The notes: generated from the letters alone by a model not told the origin. A DNA stretch of 64,000 nucleotides from Laetmonice hystrix (GCA_965235115.1 OZ249441.1:2170001-2234000), one strand, 5' to 3'; numbered from the stretch's first letter, positions 47,556 through 60,490 are shown. A program made the numbers and translations.

Positions 47556-47974
47556 TCGAGAACGTTTAGAACCCATTGGCATCATAATTTAGATTTGAAA
47601 AAAGAGAACTCCATCAAAAGGATGAATATTCATGGATGTTTGTCGGTGTTAGTTTCTTGGACACGCAATCAGGTGGAATGTGTTTACATAAACCTGTCTG
47701 AATACAAACAGTGTCGTTGTATTCGATGGTTGTCCCGGTTTAACAAACTGTGACGTGAAGTAACATTTTGATCTGTTCAAGATTCTCGTATCGTGAACGT
47801 ACCGTTACTGTCTATGTCCGAGACGGTATCGGAAACTAACTGCGCTAATGTTTGTTTACAATGTATCGATCTCCTGGGAGAGTGTACGTGGTAACTTATT
47901 GGATGTTTTCTGTTTGAATATATTTGAAGGGAGATTTAGCGCTGCTCCAGACGTCTGTTCAGTCTTGAGACCTT

Positions 47975-48156
47975 GGCGCAGTTTGTCAACAATTCTCAAC
48001 TTGAGTAAAGCTTACTTCAGTAAACTAACAGTCTTCTGATTGGCTGGTCTGATTATGCCAGCCAATCAGAAGCCTGTTAGTTTACTGCCAGCCAATCAGA
48101 AGCCTGTTAGTTTACTTAAGCTTTACTCAAGTTGAGAATTTTTGACAAACTGGGCC
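47975..48156. mobile_element. Foldback MITE (Harbinger-like ends), almost fully palindromic
   Basis: ggcgcagtttgtcaacaattctcaacttgagtaaagctta pairs with taagctttactcaagttgagaatttttgacaaactgggcc. An inner 29-bp stem surrounds a 10-nt loop. Flanks are ctt / ctg. Confidence 0.75.
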
Positions 48157-48191
48157 CTGGAGTAACAAGTTAGACTTATTATTGATTCTAC

Positions 48192-48591
48192 TGAACCCAG
48201 CCCTGGACTAGGTGAACCCAGCCCTGGACTAGGTGAACCCAGCCCTGGACTAGGTGAACCCAGCCCTGGACTAGGTGAACCCAGCCCTGGACTAGGTGAA
48301 CCCGGCCCTGGACTAGGTGAACCCAGCCCTGGACTAGGTGAACCCGGCCCTGGACTACGTGAACCCAGCCCTGGACTACGTGAACCCGGCCCTGGACTAG
48401 GTGAACCCGGCCCTGGACAAGGTGAACCCAACCCTGGACTAGGTGAACCCGGCCCTGGACTAGGTGAACCCAGCCCTGGACTAGGTGAACCCAGCCCTGG
48501 ACTAGGTGAACCCAGCCCTGGACTAGGTGAACCCAGCCCTGGACTAGGTGAACCCAGCCCTGAACTAGGTGAACCCAGCCCTGGACTAGGT
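48192..48591. repeat. Minisatellite, 21-bp unit, ~19 copies
   Basis: Unit tgaacccagccctggactagg. Confidence 0.95.
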
Positions 48592-48987
48592 ACCAAGGAC
48601 TAGGAGAAGACTGATAGTCTGTTGACTAAATCTGACTTCTCCTCACTGGGGAGATGATCTTTATAATTTGGCCAAGTTGTTGTGGTAAACAAAGTTGGAG
48701 ATAGTTCTGTGAATCGGAAGGAGGGCTCGTAAAACAACGCCTGCCAATTTCCGTGGTTTCAAAAACACCTAAGAAATCAAATTATGGCTTTAATTTTGTT
48801 CGTTATCAGACTTGCATTCCACATCAGTTTGGGAATATTTTGTCAGCGTGTCGATGTGATGAATTTTCCTCATGCCTGTCACGACTTGTGATCGAACAAA
48901 AACAGTTTGAATGTTGTTTCGACTGGCATTATCATTTTAAAATCAGTGAAAGTATTTGAAACTTAATGTGCAGCAGGACCTGTTTAG

Positions 48988-49203
48988 ATGATAGACTCAT
49001 CAGCACATTAAGTAATGATAGACTCATCAGCACATTAAGTAATGATAGACTCATCAGCACATTAAGTAATGATAGACTCATCAGCACATTAAGTAATGAC
49101 AGACTCATCAGCACAATCAGCACATTAAGTAATGATAGACTCATCAGCACGTGAAGTAATGATAGACTCATCAGCACGTGAAGTAATGATAGACTCATCA
49201 GCA
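48988..49203. repeat. Minisatellite, 27-bp unit, ~8 copies
   Basis: Unit atgatagactcatcagcacattaagta. Confidence 0.9.
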
Positions 49204-49587
49204 ATGTTTAAATTTGTATTCTCAATAAGTTTTTAAATATCATGCCCGATTAATCGGCCGAGGTACTGAGGCACTGCACTGAGGGGGCCTAGCATAAGGA
49301 CTTTCTATATTGTAAGGATCTCAGAAACATGGCGGAGAGTGAGGAAAAGCTGGTTGTTAATCCCACACAGCTCCTGGGGAGATGAGCTATAGGAGTTAAT
49401 TAACAACGTTTACAAGGATATTAGTTCACTTTGCTGGCCATGAACGGTGCGAACTCCCCCTCCCCCCTACCTGGGGTCTGCAGTGTCATTATCTGTAACA
49501 GGATCAAGGTGTTTGCCGGTGGTCAGGGGGGGACAACGGTAGGGATGTCCTCAGACAGGTCTCACACCGTTCAGACTCTATCATTAG

Positions 49588-49868
49588 ACAATGCTATACT
49601 GCCAGCCAGCACGCACGCAGAGAAAACACTACAATGTGCTGCCAATCAATTGTAGCGTCCCTGGCTAGATGTGAGTCCTGTGGTAAGAACGTGATGTGAT
49701 ACTGTATTCATGTTTACCACAAACAATGCTATACTGCCAGCCAGCACGCACACAGAGAAAACACTACAATGTGCTGCCAACCAAGATAAAACCAATTGTA
49801 GCGTCCCTGGCTAGATGTGAGTCCTGTGGTAAGAACGTGATGTGATATTGTATTCATGTTTACCACAA
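49588..49868. repeat. Tandem duplication, ~135-145 bp x2
   Basis: acaatgctatactgccagccagcacgcac...tgtattcatgtttaccaca at 49588 and 49723. Confidence 0.9.
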
Positions 49869-50008
49869 TTACCGCAATCAGTCTCTGTTAAAGTCGGATA
49901 TTGACGAGTAATTGTCATGGAAGAGGATGGTAATACACCAGCCAGAGTCGGTAAACCTGGCCTTCCTTCCGCTGGGCCAGGCATTCATACTATCACACAT
50001 GTACATAC

Positions 50009-50053
50009 CCTGGGTGACATACTTCAGGCCAAGGGAATCGTCTTCAATGGTGA
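50009..50053 (-). CDS. Candidate 45-nt exon (TIEDDSLGLKYVTQ(G))
   Basis: Donor cagg|GTATGT; weak acceptor ctgaAG lies 14 nt from the edge of the 80/85-bp array. Confidence 0.25.
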
Positions 50054-50066
50054 CTTCAGTCTCATG

Positions 50067-50810
50067 TTGACTGATCGAGTAAATGATTTACAACATTCGA
50101 GTCGATGTGGCCAGAGTATAGGTGAACTGATGTAAGTGTTGATTTGTTGATTGATCGAGTAAATGATTTACAACATTCGAGTCCTATCGATGAGGCCAGA
50201 GTATAGGTGAACTGATGTAAGTGTTGATTTGTTGACTGATCGAGTAAATGATTTACAACATTCGAATCTTATCGATGTGGCCAGAGTATAGGTGGACTGA
50301 TGTAAGTGTTGATTTGTTGACTGATCGAGTAAATGATTTACAACATTCGAGTCCTGTCGATGTGGCCAGAGTATAGGTGAACTGATGTAAGTGTTGATTT
50401 GTTGATTGATCGAGTAAATGATTTACAACATTCGAGTCGATGTGGCCAGAGTATAGGTGGACTGATGTAAGTGTTGATTTGTTGACTGATCGAGTAAATG
50501 ATTTACAACATTCGAGTCTTATCGATGTGGCCAGAGTATAGGTGAACTGATGTAAGTGTTGATTTGTTGATTGATCGAGTAAATGATTTACAACATTCGA
50601 GTCGATGTGGCCAGAGTATAGGTGGACTGATGTAAGTGTTGATTTGTTGATTAATCGAGTAAATGATTTACAACATTCGAGTCTTATCGATGTGGCCAGA
50701 GTATAGGTGGACTGATGTAAGTGTTGATTTGTTGACTGATCGAGTAAATGATTTACAACATTCGAGTCGATGTGGCCAGAGTATAGGTAAACTGATGTAA
50801 GTGTTGATTT
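50067..50810. repeat. Minisatellite, 80/85-bp units, ~9 copies
   Basis: Unit ttgactgatcgagtaaatgatttacaacattcgagtc[+5 nt]gatgtggccagagtataggtgaactgatgtaagtgttgatttg. Confidence 0.95.
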
Positions 50811-51235
50811 CATTGAGTTCTCATAGTGATTTTGTTTTATAACGTGGGGATTAAACATACAAGATGGTGACATCCATTGAACTTCCCTCTCACGGCAATG
50901 GGAGACGACCCCCCCCCCTCCCCCGCACCATTCAGAAGTAACAAGGCCAAAGTCGCCATCATTCTGTGAAGTTTTGGCGTCTCCTTTAATCTGATTATCA
51001 CTTTTACAAGAGGGAGAACTGCACTTTAAGAGGCTTCTCCATCGACTGAAGATGATTACAAAGCCTTCAGTGATGCTTTTGAATGAGGTCAGGGGCCATC
51101 GCAATGGCTTAGTCAGTTTGTCAAGATAATACGACAACCATTTATTGTAGGCTCCCCCCCCCCTCCAGGACTCCTCCGCTGTGACTCCCACTTCCCAAAT
51201 ATTACTGAACGACCAGTACATGATGGCCACGGTGT

Positions 51236-52271
51236 GATGGCGCTGTGTTGCTGTGTGTGTGACTGCCAGGCTCACGGTTGAGCTCATGTCAAGGCAAGGA
51301 TATACCAGGCTATAAACGTATGACGGAGTCAGGAGCCCAGATGGCGCTGTGTTGCTGTGTGTGTAAGGCTCACGGTTGAGGTCATGTCAAGGCAAGGATA
51401 TGTCAGGCTATAAACGTATGACGGAGTCAGGAGCCCAGATGGCGCTGTGTTGCTGTGTGTGTGACCGCCAGCCTCACGGTTGAGGTCATGTCAACGCAAG
51501 GATATACCAGGCTATAAACGTATGGCGGAGTCAGGAGCCCAGATGGCGCTGTGTTGCTGTGTGTGTAACCGTGAGCCTGGCTCACGGTTGAGGTCATGTC
51601 AAGGCAAGGATATACCAGGCTATAAACGTATGACGGAGTCAGGAGCCCAGATGGCGCTGTGTTGCTGTGTGTGTGACCGCCAGCCTCACGGTTGAGGTCA
51701 TGTCAAGGCAAGGATATACCAGGCTATAAACGTATGACGGAGTCAGGAACCCAGGTGGCGCTGTGTTGCTGTGTGTGTAACCGTGAGCCTGGCGGTTGAG
51801 GTCATGTCAAGGCAAGGATATGTCAGGCTATAAACGTATGACGTAATCAGGAGTCCAGATGGCGCTGTGTTGCTGTGTGTGTAACCGTGAGCCTGGCGGT
51901 TGAGGTCATGTCAAGGCAAGGATATGTCAGGCTATAAACGTATGACGTAATCAGGAGTCCAGATGGCGCTGTGTTGCTGTGTGTGTGACCGCCAGCCTCA
52001 CGGTTGAGGTCATGTCAAGGCAAGGATATACCAGGCTATAAACGTATGACGGAGTCAGGAGCCCAGATGGCGCTGTGTTGCTGTGTGTGTGACCGCCAGC
52101 CTCACGGTTGAGGTCATGTCAAGGCAAGGATATACCAGGCTATAAACGTATGACGTAATCAGGAGCCCAGATGGCGCTGTGTTGCTGTGTGTGTGACCGC
52201 CAGCCTCACGGTTGAGGTCATGTCAAGGCAAGGATATACCAGGCTATAAACGTATGACGGAGTCAGGAGCC
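51236..52271. repeat. Minisatellite, ~98-104-bp unit, ~10 copies
   Basis: Unit gatggcgctgtgttgctgtgtgtgtgaccgccagcctcacggttgaggtcatgtcaaggcaaggatataccaggctataaacgtatgacggagtcaggagccca. Confidence 0.95.
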
Positions 52272-52498
52272 CCTCACAAAATGCTTTTTCTTTTTTTCTC
52301 TTTTGTTCGGAACCACATTTTTTTCTCTCTCTTTTTTTTGTACGACTAGAACGGGCAGATAGGAACATGGTCTCTCAGCCCTTGGAGCTTTTATTCGATG
52401 AGCGATGAGGAACCTTTTAGACAATGTCAGTGATTCCCCAAGAGATGACACGAAGCCAATCGTCGTGGCACGTAGGGACACCAGCCTTATTCGCACGG

Positions 52499-52547
52499 GT
52501 TGCAGGTCATACTGTTGCAGGTCATACTGTTGCAGGTCATACTGTTG
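52499..52547. repeat. 15-bp unit x3
   Basis: gttgcaggtcatact. Confidence 0.85.
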
Positions 52548-52946
52548 TAATGCCGCCAGGCCTGCGGTAACAAATTTTGTCTGGTATATTGGCATGCCAA
52601 TTGAGGGTCAGTAATATATTTCTCCATTATGTCTTGTACCTTAGACCTGGAGTGTTCGTATCGAACGAGTTACTATCCTGCCATGCTACATCCGACTGGC
52701 GTTAGACTGACACTGCGTACGTGTCTTTTGTTGTTAGCATCCAGTATCTAAATTCCAAGTTGTTAAGTGGAAAGTACTGAAGGTCTTCAGTATTTGGTGT
52801 GGTTAGGTGTATTCAGGTGGCAAATGTCCTATCCAGTGTGTATTAATCAGTGATGAGAATTCTTTACGTCAGGCTAAGGTTTGTTTGCTCAGAGCATCTT
52901 TCAGTGCCAGTACTCTCGGCGCGGTTAGACCCGCTAATAATAGATT

Positions 52947-54173
52947 ACACCTCCAGGAACTGGTTGTGTTTCTGTCGTTAGGAATGCTCCTCCAGTAGAC
53001 ACCTCCAGGGGTTGTGTTTCTGCCGTTAGGAATGCTCCTCCAGTAGACACCTCCAGGAACTGGTTGTGTTTCTGTCGTTAGGAATGCTCCTCCAGTAGAC
53101 ACCTCCAGGAACTTGTTGTGTTTCTGCCGTTAGGAATGCTCCTCCAGTAGACACCTCCAGGAACTGGTTGTGTTTCTGTCGTTAGGAATGCTCCTCCAGT
53201 AGACACCTCCAGGAACTGGTTGTGTTTCTGTCGTTAGGAATGCTCCTCCAGTAGACACCTCCAGGAACTGGTTGTGTTTCTGTCGTTAGGAATGCTCCTC
53301 CAGTAGACACCTCCAGGAACTGGTTGTGTTTCTGCCGTTAGGAATGCTCCTCCAGTAGACACCTCCAGGAACTGGTTGTGTTTCTGTCGTTAGGAATGCT
53401 CCTCCAGTAGACACCTCCAGGAACTGGTTGTGTTTCTGTCGTTAGGAATGCTCCTCCAGTAGACACCTCCAGGAACTGGTTGTGTTTCTGTCGTCCAGGA
53501 ACTGGTTGTGTTTCTGTCGTTAGGAATGCTCCTCCAGTAGACACCTCCAGGAACTGGTTGTGTTTCTGTCGTCCAGGAACTGGTTGTGTTTCTGTCGTTA
53601 GGAATGCTCCTCCAGTAGACACCTCCAGGAACTGGTTGTGTTTCTGTCGTTAGGAATGCTCCTCCAGTAGACACCTCCAGGAACTGGTTGTGTTTCTGCC
53701 GTTAGGAATGCTCCTCCAGTAGACACCTCCAGGAACTGGTTGTGTTTCTGTCGTTAGGAATGCTCCTCCAGTAGACACCTCCAGGGGTTGTGTTTCTGTC
53801 GTTAGGAATGGTCCTCCAGTAGACACCTCCAGGGGTTGTGTTTCTGTCGTTAGGAATGCTCCTCCAGTAGACACCTCCAGGAACTGGTTGTGTTTCAGCC
53901 GTTAGGAATGCTCCTCCAGTAGACACCTCCAGGGGTTGTGTTTCTGTCGTTAGGAATGCTCCTCCAGTAGACACCTCCAGGGGTTGTGTTTCAGTCGTTA
54001 GGAATGCTCCTCCAGTAGACACCTCCAGGAACTGGTTGTGTTTCTGTCGTTAGGAATGCTCCTCCAGTAGACACCTCCAGGGGTTGTGTTTCAGTCGTTA
54101 GGAATGCTCCTCCAGTAGACACCTCCAGGAACTGGTTGTGTTTCTGTCGTTAGGAATGCTCCTCCAGTAGACA
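52947..54173. repeat. Minisatellite, 52-bp unit with shorter variants, ~24 copies
   Basis: Unit acacctccaggaactggttgtgtttctgtcgttaggaatgctcctccagtag. Confidence 0.95.
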
Positions 54174-54302
54174 GAACTATCTGGGATTGATATGTCTCTC
54201 ACCTGTTCTTTCTCAGCAGGTACACGTACAAACCCCCAGTCGAGAAGGAAACTCATTAATATTGATATGGTGACCTAACAACAGGTGAGCTGGTCTCCCA
54301 GT

Positions 54303-54375
54303 GGTCTCATTCCATGAAGTCTCATTCCATGAGGTCTCATTCCATGAGGTCGCATTCCATGAGGTCTCATTCCAT
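54303..54375. repeat. 15-bp unit x5
   Basis: ggtctcattccatga. Confidence 0.9.
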
Positions 54376-54635
54376 ATACACAACCTGAATGAAAGCCAGG
54401 CAAGTGTTTTCACAAAGACGATTGACTCTGAAATATGAGGAAGGTTTGGTAGGGTTGGATTTGTTCAGGTAGCTTAGCCCATGAAAAGACTTCAAACAAG
54501 CCGCAGATATGCTTAACATGCCAAGGCAATGATGTGTTAGAACCCCGTCACCTTGGAGAAGATCTCTGCCGACATGGCAGCGCGATCATCAAATTAACTA
54601 ACGATGATATCAGTCTCATCGGTTTTCTATTGTAC

Positions 54636-55968
54636 GGCAGTGGGCAATGGGTCGGGGCAGTGGGCAATGGGTCGGGGCAGTGGGCAATGGGTCGGGGCAG
54701 TGGGCAATGATGACAGGGCAATGGGTCAGGGCAGTGGGCAATGGGTCAGGGCAGTGGGCAATGGGTCAGGGCAGTGGGCAATGGGTCAGGGCAGTGGGCA
54801 ATGGGTCAGGGCAGTGGGCAATGGGTCAGGGCAGTGGGCAATGGGTCAGGGCAGTGGGCAATGGGTCAGGGCAGTGGGCAATGGGTCAGGGCAGTGGGCA
54901 ATGGGTCAGGGCAGTGGGCAATGGGTCAGGGCAGTGGGCAATGGGTCAGGGCAGTGGGCAATGGGTCAGGGCAGTGGGCAATGGGTCAGGGCAGTGGGCA
55001 ATGGGTCAGGGCAGTGGGCAATGGGTCAGGGCAGTGGGCAATGGGTCGGGGCAGTGGGCAATGATGACAGGGCAGTGGGCAATGGGTCGGGGCAGTGGGC
55101 AATGGGTCAGGGCAGTGGGCAATGGGTCAGGGCAGTGGGCAATGGGTCGGGGCAGTGGGCAATGGGTCAAGGCAGTGGGCAATGAGTCAGGGCAGTGGGC
55201 AATGATGACAGGGCAGTGGGCAATGGGTCGGGGCAGTGGGCAATGATGACAGGGCAGTGGGCAATGATGACAGGGCAGTGGGCAATGATGACAGGGCAGT
55301 GGGCAATGGGTCTGGGCAATGGGCAATGGGTCAAGGCAGTGGGCAATGAGTCAGGGCAGTGGGCAATGATGACAGGGCAGTGGGCAATGGGTCTGGGCAG
55401 TGGGCAATGGGTCATGGCAGTGGGCAATGGGTCATGGCAGTGGGCAATGATGTCAGGGCAGTGGGCAATGATGACAGGGCAGTGGGCAATGGGTCTGGGC
55501 AATGGGTCAGGGCAGTGGGCAATGATGACAGGGCAGTGGGCAATGATGACAGGGCAGTGGGCAATGGGTCGGGGCAGTGGGCAATGGGTCTGGGCAATGG
55601 GTCATGGCAGTGGGCAATGATGACAGGGCAGTGGGCAATGGGTCATGGCAATGGGCAATGGGTCAAGGCCGTGGGCAATGGGTCGGGGCAGTGGGCAATG
55701 GGTCAGGGCAGTGGGCAATGGGTCAGGGCAGTGAGCAATGGGTCAGGGCAGTGGGCAGTGGGTCAGGGCAGTGGGCAGTGGGTCAGGGCAGTGGGCAATG
55801 ATGACAGGGCAGTGGGCAATGATGTCAGGGCAGTGGGTCAGGGCGGTGGGCAATGGGTCAGGGCAGTGGGCAATGGGTCAGGGCAGTGGGCAATGGGTCA
55901 GGGCAGTGGGCAATGGGTCAGGGCAGTGGGCAGTGGGTCAGGGCAGTGGGCAATGATGACAGGGCAGT
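54636..55968. repeat. G-rich minisatellite, 20-bp unit with 21-bp and partial variants, ~65 copies
   Basis: Unit gggcagtgggcaatgggtca; variant gggcagtgggcaatgatgaca. Confidence 0.97.
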
Positions 55969-56389
55969 CGTGTGTCAGCTGTCAAATGGTGGCATACACA
56001 CATGTTTTCCGTGTGTGTCGCGGGAGGTCAGCCATGTGTCGGCTGTCAAATGGTGGCATACACACATGTTTTCCGTGTGTGTCGCGGGAGGTCAGCCATT
56101 GTCTCGACTGTCAAATGGTGATATACACACATGTTTTCCGTGTGTCGCGGGAGGCAGCCGTTGTGTCGACTGTCAAATGGTGATATACACACATGTTTTC
56201 CGTGTGTCGCGGGAGGCAGCCGTTGTGTCGACTGTCAAATGGTGATATACACACATGTTTTCCGTGTGTCGCGGGAGGCAGCCGTTGTGTCGACTGTCAA
56301 ATGGTGGCATACACACATGTTTTCCGTGTGTGTCGCGGGAGGTCAGCCATGTGTCGGCTGTCAAATGGTGGTGTACACACATGTTTTCA
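55969..56389. repeat. Minisatellite, ~61-65-bp unit, ~7 copies
   Basis: Unit gtgtcgactgtcaaatggtgatatacacacatgttttccgtgtgtcgcgggaggcagccgtt; abuts the G-rich array. Confidence 0.93.
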
Positions 56390-57306
56390 CCCTCAGACAG
56401 GTATGCATAGATCATAGAGCTACATAGATTTTTATGTGTCGCACACATGCCACAGTTCCATTGACTGAGCTCATCATAAAATTGCTTCGAGCGGATGTTC
56501 TAATAGAAGCAGATACCTGTGTTTTAGTGAGCTAAGTTGGATATTCGTAATTTGGCTTAAATCCAGGTGTCCTCGAGCAATCATTACAAAATAATGTACT
56601 GGGGCCTTTGAGTATTAAATTAACATGCTCGCTTTGTGTGCGGTGAAAGCGCTCTCGTGATCACAGAGTAGTACTTGAGTTTGTTTACAGTCCAGAGTGC
56701 TGCCTTCATAACCGTGCGTTTACCATGTAGGGTTTTCATGATACATGGGATGTTGTGGTTGTGTTGAGGATAGGAGTGCAACTCTTCGATTACCAGCTTA
56801 CCTGTAGACCAACACAATAGTGGAACTAAAGTGTAAAGGTACAGGTAATCTGATCAAAACTAGATGGCGGGAGACAAGAGAAAGACAAGAGTCCGTTTTA
56901 AGCTAAACTCAGAGCACAGACGACGTGTCAAACACATGAACAGTTGAATAAATAAGTTTGGTCGTCCAAGTACTGACTAATAGGACTGAACGCTTGAATC
57001 GATCCAATCTACCAGATGAACGAGATACCTGTCGTCTGCTTGCCTGTCATGTACCTTCCTTATGGAGACTAGATAATTAAACAGTGCCCAGACAATCTCA
57101 CACTGAGTAGACTTACTGCAGCTAATCGTCCAGATGTAATGAATTATCTACCCTGGCCCTCAGGGGGATTGCAGTTGATATTAGCACCCTATTGAGTGAC
57201 AGAATCTACATGGACTTCATTAGAGTAGTTAAAATTGTACTCTGCTAGGAAAACGTTGTCCTTCTGATGTGTCATCAGAATGACATCGCTCGGGATGGTA
57301 GCCGTA

Positions 57307-58834
57307 GTCAGTACAGGGACAACATGTGATGTTTACGGGGGGAGGTGGACTGATTGCTGTCAGTACGGGGACGACACTATGTGATGTTTACGGGGGGAGG
57401 TGGACCGATCTGTCAGTACGGGGACGACACTATGTGATGTTTACGGGGGGAGGTGGACTGATTGCTGTCAGTACGGGGACGACACTAGGTGATGTTTACG
57501 GGGGAGGTGGACTGATTGCTGTCAGTACGGGGACGACACTAGGTGATGTTTACGGGGGGAGGTGGACTGATTGCTGTCAGTACGGGGACGACACTAGGTG
57601 ATGTTTACGGGGGGAGGTGGACTGATTGCTGTCAGTACGGGGACGACACTATGTGATGTTTACGGGGGGAGGTGGACTGATTGCTGTCAGTACGGGGACG
57701 ACACTAGGTGATGTTTACGGGGGGAGGTGGACTGATTGCTGACAGTACGGGGACGACACTATGTGATGTTTACGGGGGGAGGTGGACCGATTGCTGTCAG
57801 TACGGGGACTCCACTAGGTGATGTTTACGGGGGGAGGTGGACTGATTGCTGTCAGTACGGGGACTCCACTATGTGATGTTTACGGGGGGAGGTGGACTGA
57901 TTGCTGTCAGTACGGGGACGACACTATGTGATGTTTACGGGGGGAGGTGGACTGATTGCTGTCAGTACGGGGACGACACTATGTGATGTTTACGGGGGGA
58001 GGTGGACTGATTGCTGTCAGTACGGGGACGACACTATGTGATGTTTACGGGGGGAGGTGGACTGATTGCTGTCAGTACGGGGACGACACTATGTGATGTT
58101 TACGGGGGGAGGTGGACTGATTGCTGTCAGTACGGGGACGACACTATGTGATGTTTACGGGGGGAGGTGGACTGATTGCTGTCAGTACGGGGACGACACT
58201 ATGTGATGTTTACGGGGGGAGGTGGACTGATTGCTGTCAGTACGGGGACGACACTAGGTGATGTTTACGGGGGGAGGTGGACTGATTGCTGTCAGTACGG
58301 GGACGACACTATGTGATGTTTACGGGGGGAGGTGGACTGATTGCTGTCAGTACGGGGACGACACTAGGTGATGTTTACGGGGGGAGGTGGACTGATTGCT
58401 GTCAGTACGGGGACGACACTAGGTGATGTTTACGGGGGGAGGTGGACTGATTGCTGTCAGTACGGGGACGACACTATGTGATGTTTACGGGGGGTGTGGA
58501 CTGATTGCTGTCAGTACGGGGACGACACTATGTGATGTTTACGGGGGGAGGTGGACTGATTGCTGTCAGTACGGGGACGACACTACGTGATGTTTACGGG
58601 GGGAGGTGGACTGATTGCTGTCAGTACGGGGACGACACTAGGTGATGTTTACGGGGGGAGGTGGACTGATTGCTGTCAGTACGGGGACGACACTAGGTGA
58701 TGTTTACGGGGGGAGGTGGACTGATTGCTGTCAGTACGGGGACGACACTATGTGATGTTTACGGGGGGAGGTGGACTGATTGCTGTCAGTACGGGGACCA
58801 CACTGTGTGATGTTTACGGGGGGAGGTGGACTGA
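57307..58834. repeat. Minisatellite, 55-bp unit, ~28 copies
   Basis: Unit gtcagtacggggacgacacta(t/g)gtgatgtttacggggggaggtggactgattgct. Confidence 0.97.
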
Positions 58835-59422
58835 GGTATGGTAATCACGAAGTGACAGAATCATGACTATGGCTACAGATCGTGCAGTGTGAACGAATCG
58901 GAATCTCCGGAGTTAATCATGGAGTGATTGCCATAGTAACAGGAGTCGGACTGTACTCTGGGAACGCTGGATGTAGACATGCCATGATAAACAGTCGAGG
59001 TCGAATACTCATCAACTCACCATACCTCTGTGGTTTCCAGAACTATTATACAGATGTATTACGCGGGTCAAAGGTTGTCTAGTGCGTTCATGTGTTATTT
59101 TAAATATGGAATTCTTTTTCTGATTCTGTTGACGCAACTATAAATGTATAGATGAGACAGCCATAGAAACGTCAATCCTTGATAACAAGTACAACAGCAC
59201 ACCAGTCGTATTTCGTATGATTTATGGCTGGAAGTGCGAAGCCACGTTCCCATTACACTGTAATACAAGTATGTATTACATCCGAAAAACGTTCATTGTC
59301 CGGCCTGTCCATAATATCGAAATGTTCACACATGGCCTGAAATGGAAATGAATGTGAGACTTCCTTTTATACTTTTTTCTATTAACCAAAATCCTACATC
59401 CTCAACGAGGACGGAAAGGTGA

Positions 59423-60490
59423 TTTCTGAGGTCCGAGTTTGCTATGAGCACTTATGTTTCTGAGGTCCGAGTTTGCTATCAGCACTTATGTTTCTGAGGT
59501 CTAAGTTTGCTATCAGCACTTATGTTTCTGAGGTCCGAGTTTGCTATGAGCACTTATGTTTCTGAGGTCCGAGTTTGCTATCAGCACTTATGTTTCTTAG
59601 GTCTAAGTTTGCTATCAGCACTTATGTTTCTGAGGGCCGAGTTTGCTATGAGCACTTATGTTTCTGAGGTCTGAGTTTGCTATGAGCACTTATGTTTCTG
59701 AGGTCCGAGTTTGCTATGAGCACTTATGTTTCTGAGGTCCGAGTTTGCTATGAGCACTTATGTTTCTGAGGTCCGAGTTTGCTATCAGCACTTATCTTTC
59801 TTAGGTCTAAGTTTGCTATCAGCACTTATGTTTCTGAGGGCCGAGTTTGCTATGAGCACTTATGTTTCTGAGGTCTGAGTTTGCTATGAGCACTTATGTT
59901 TCTGAGGTCCGAGTTTGCTATCAGCACTTATGTTTCTGAGGTCTGAGTTTGCTATCAGCACTTATGTTTCTGAGGTCTTAGTTTGCTATCAGCACTTATG
60001 TTTCTGAGGTCTGAGTTTGCTATGAGCACTTATGTTTCTGAGGTCCGAGTTTGCTATCAGCACTTATGTTTCTGAGGTCTGAGTTTGCTATCAGCACTTA
60101 TGTTTCTGAGGTCCGAGTTTGCTATCAGCACTTATGTTTCTGAGGTCTGAGTTTGCTAATGTTTCTGAGGTCTAAGTTTGCTATCAGCACTTATGTTTCT
60201 GAGGTCTAAGTTTGCTATCAGCACTTATGTTTCTGAGGTCTGAGTTTGCTAATGTTTCTGAGGTCTAAGTTTGCTATCAGCACTTATGTTTCTGAGGTCT
60301 TAGTTTGCTATCAGCACTTATGTTTCTGAGGTCTGAGTTTGCTATCAGCACTTATGTTTCTGAGGTCCGAGTTTGCTATCAGCACTTATGTTTCTGCCGA
60401 GTTTGCTATCAGCACTTATGTTTCTGAGGTCTTAGTTTGCTATCAGCACTTATGTTTCTGAGGTCCGAGTTTGCTATGAGCACTTATGTT
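59423..60490. repeat. Minisatellite, 34-bp unit, ~31 copies
   Basis: Unit tttctgaggtc(c/t)gagtttgctat(g/c)agcacttatg. Confidence 0.95.

Noticed and set aside
47274-47585. Ca-binding-like peptide repeat DTVINYDNETGEG
   Set aside because: The 38-bp units in the left half break the frame, so it is a repeat artefact.
20453-54173. Four unrelated arrays share a 52-bp period
   Set aside because: With ~46 arrays over a limited size range, such collisions are plausible by chance, and there is no sequence similarity.
54217-54284. Exon with strong NAGNAG acceptor and CAG|GTGAGC donor
   Set aside because: All three frames contain stops. It could be UTR or terminal, but cannot be supported as coding.
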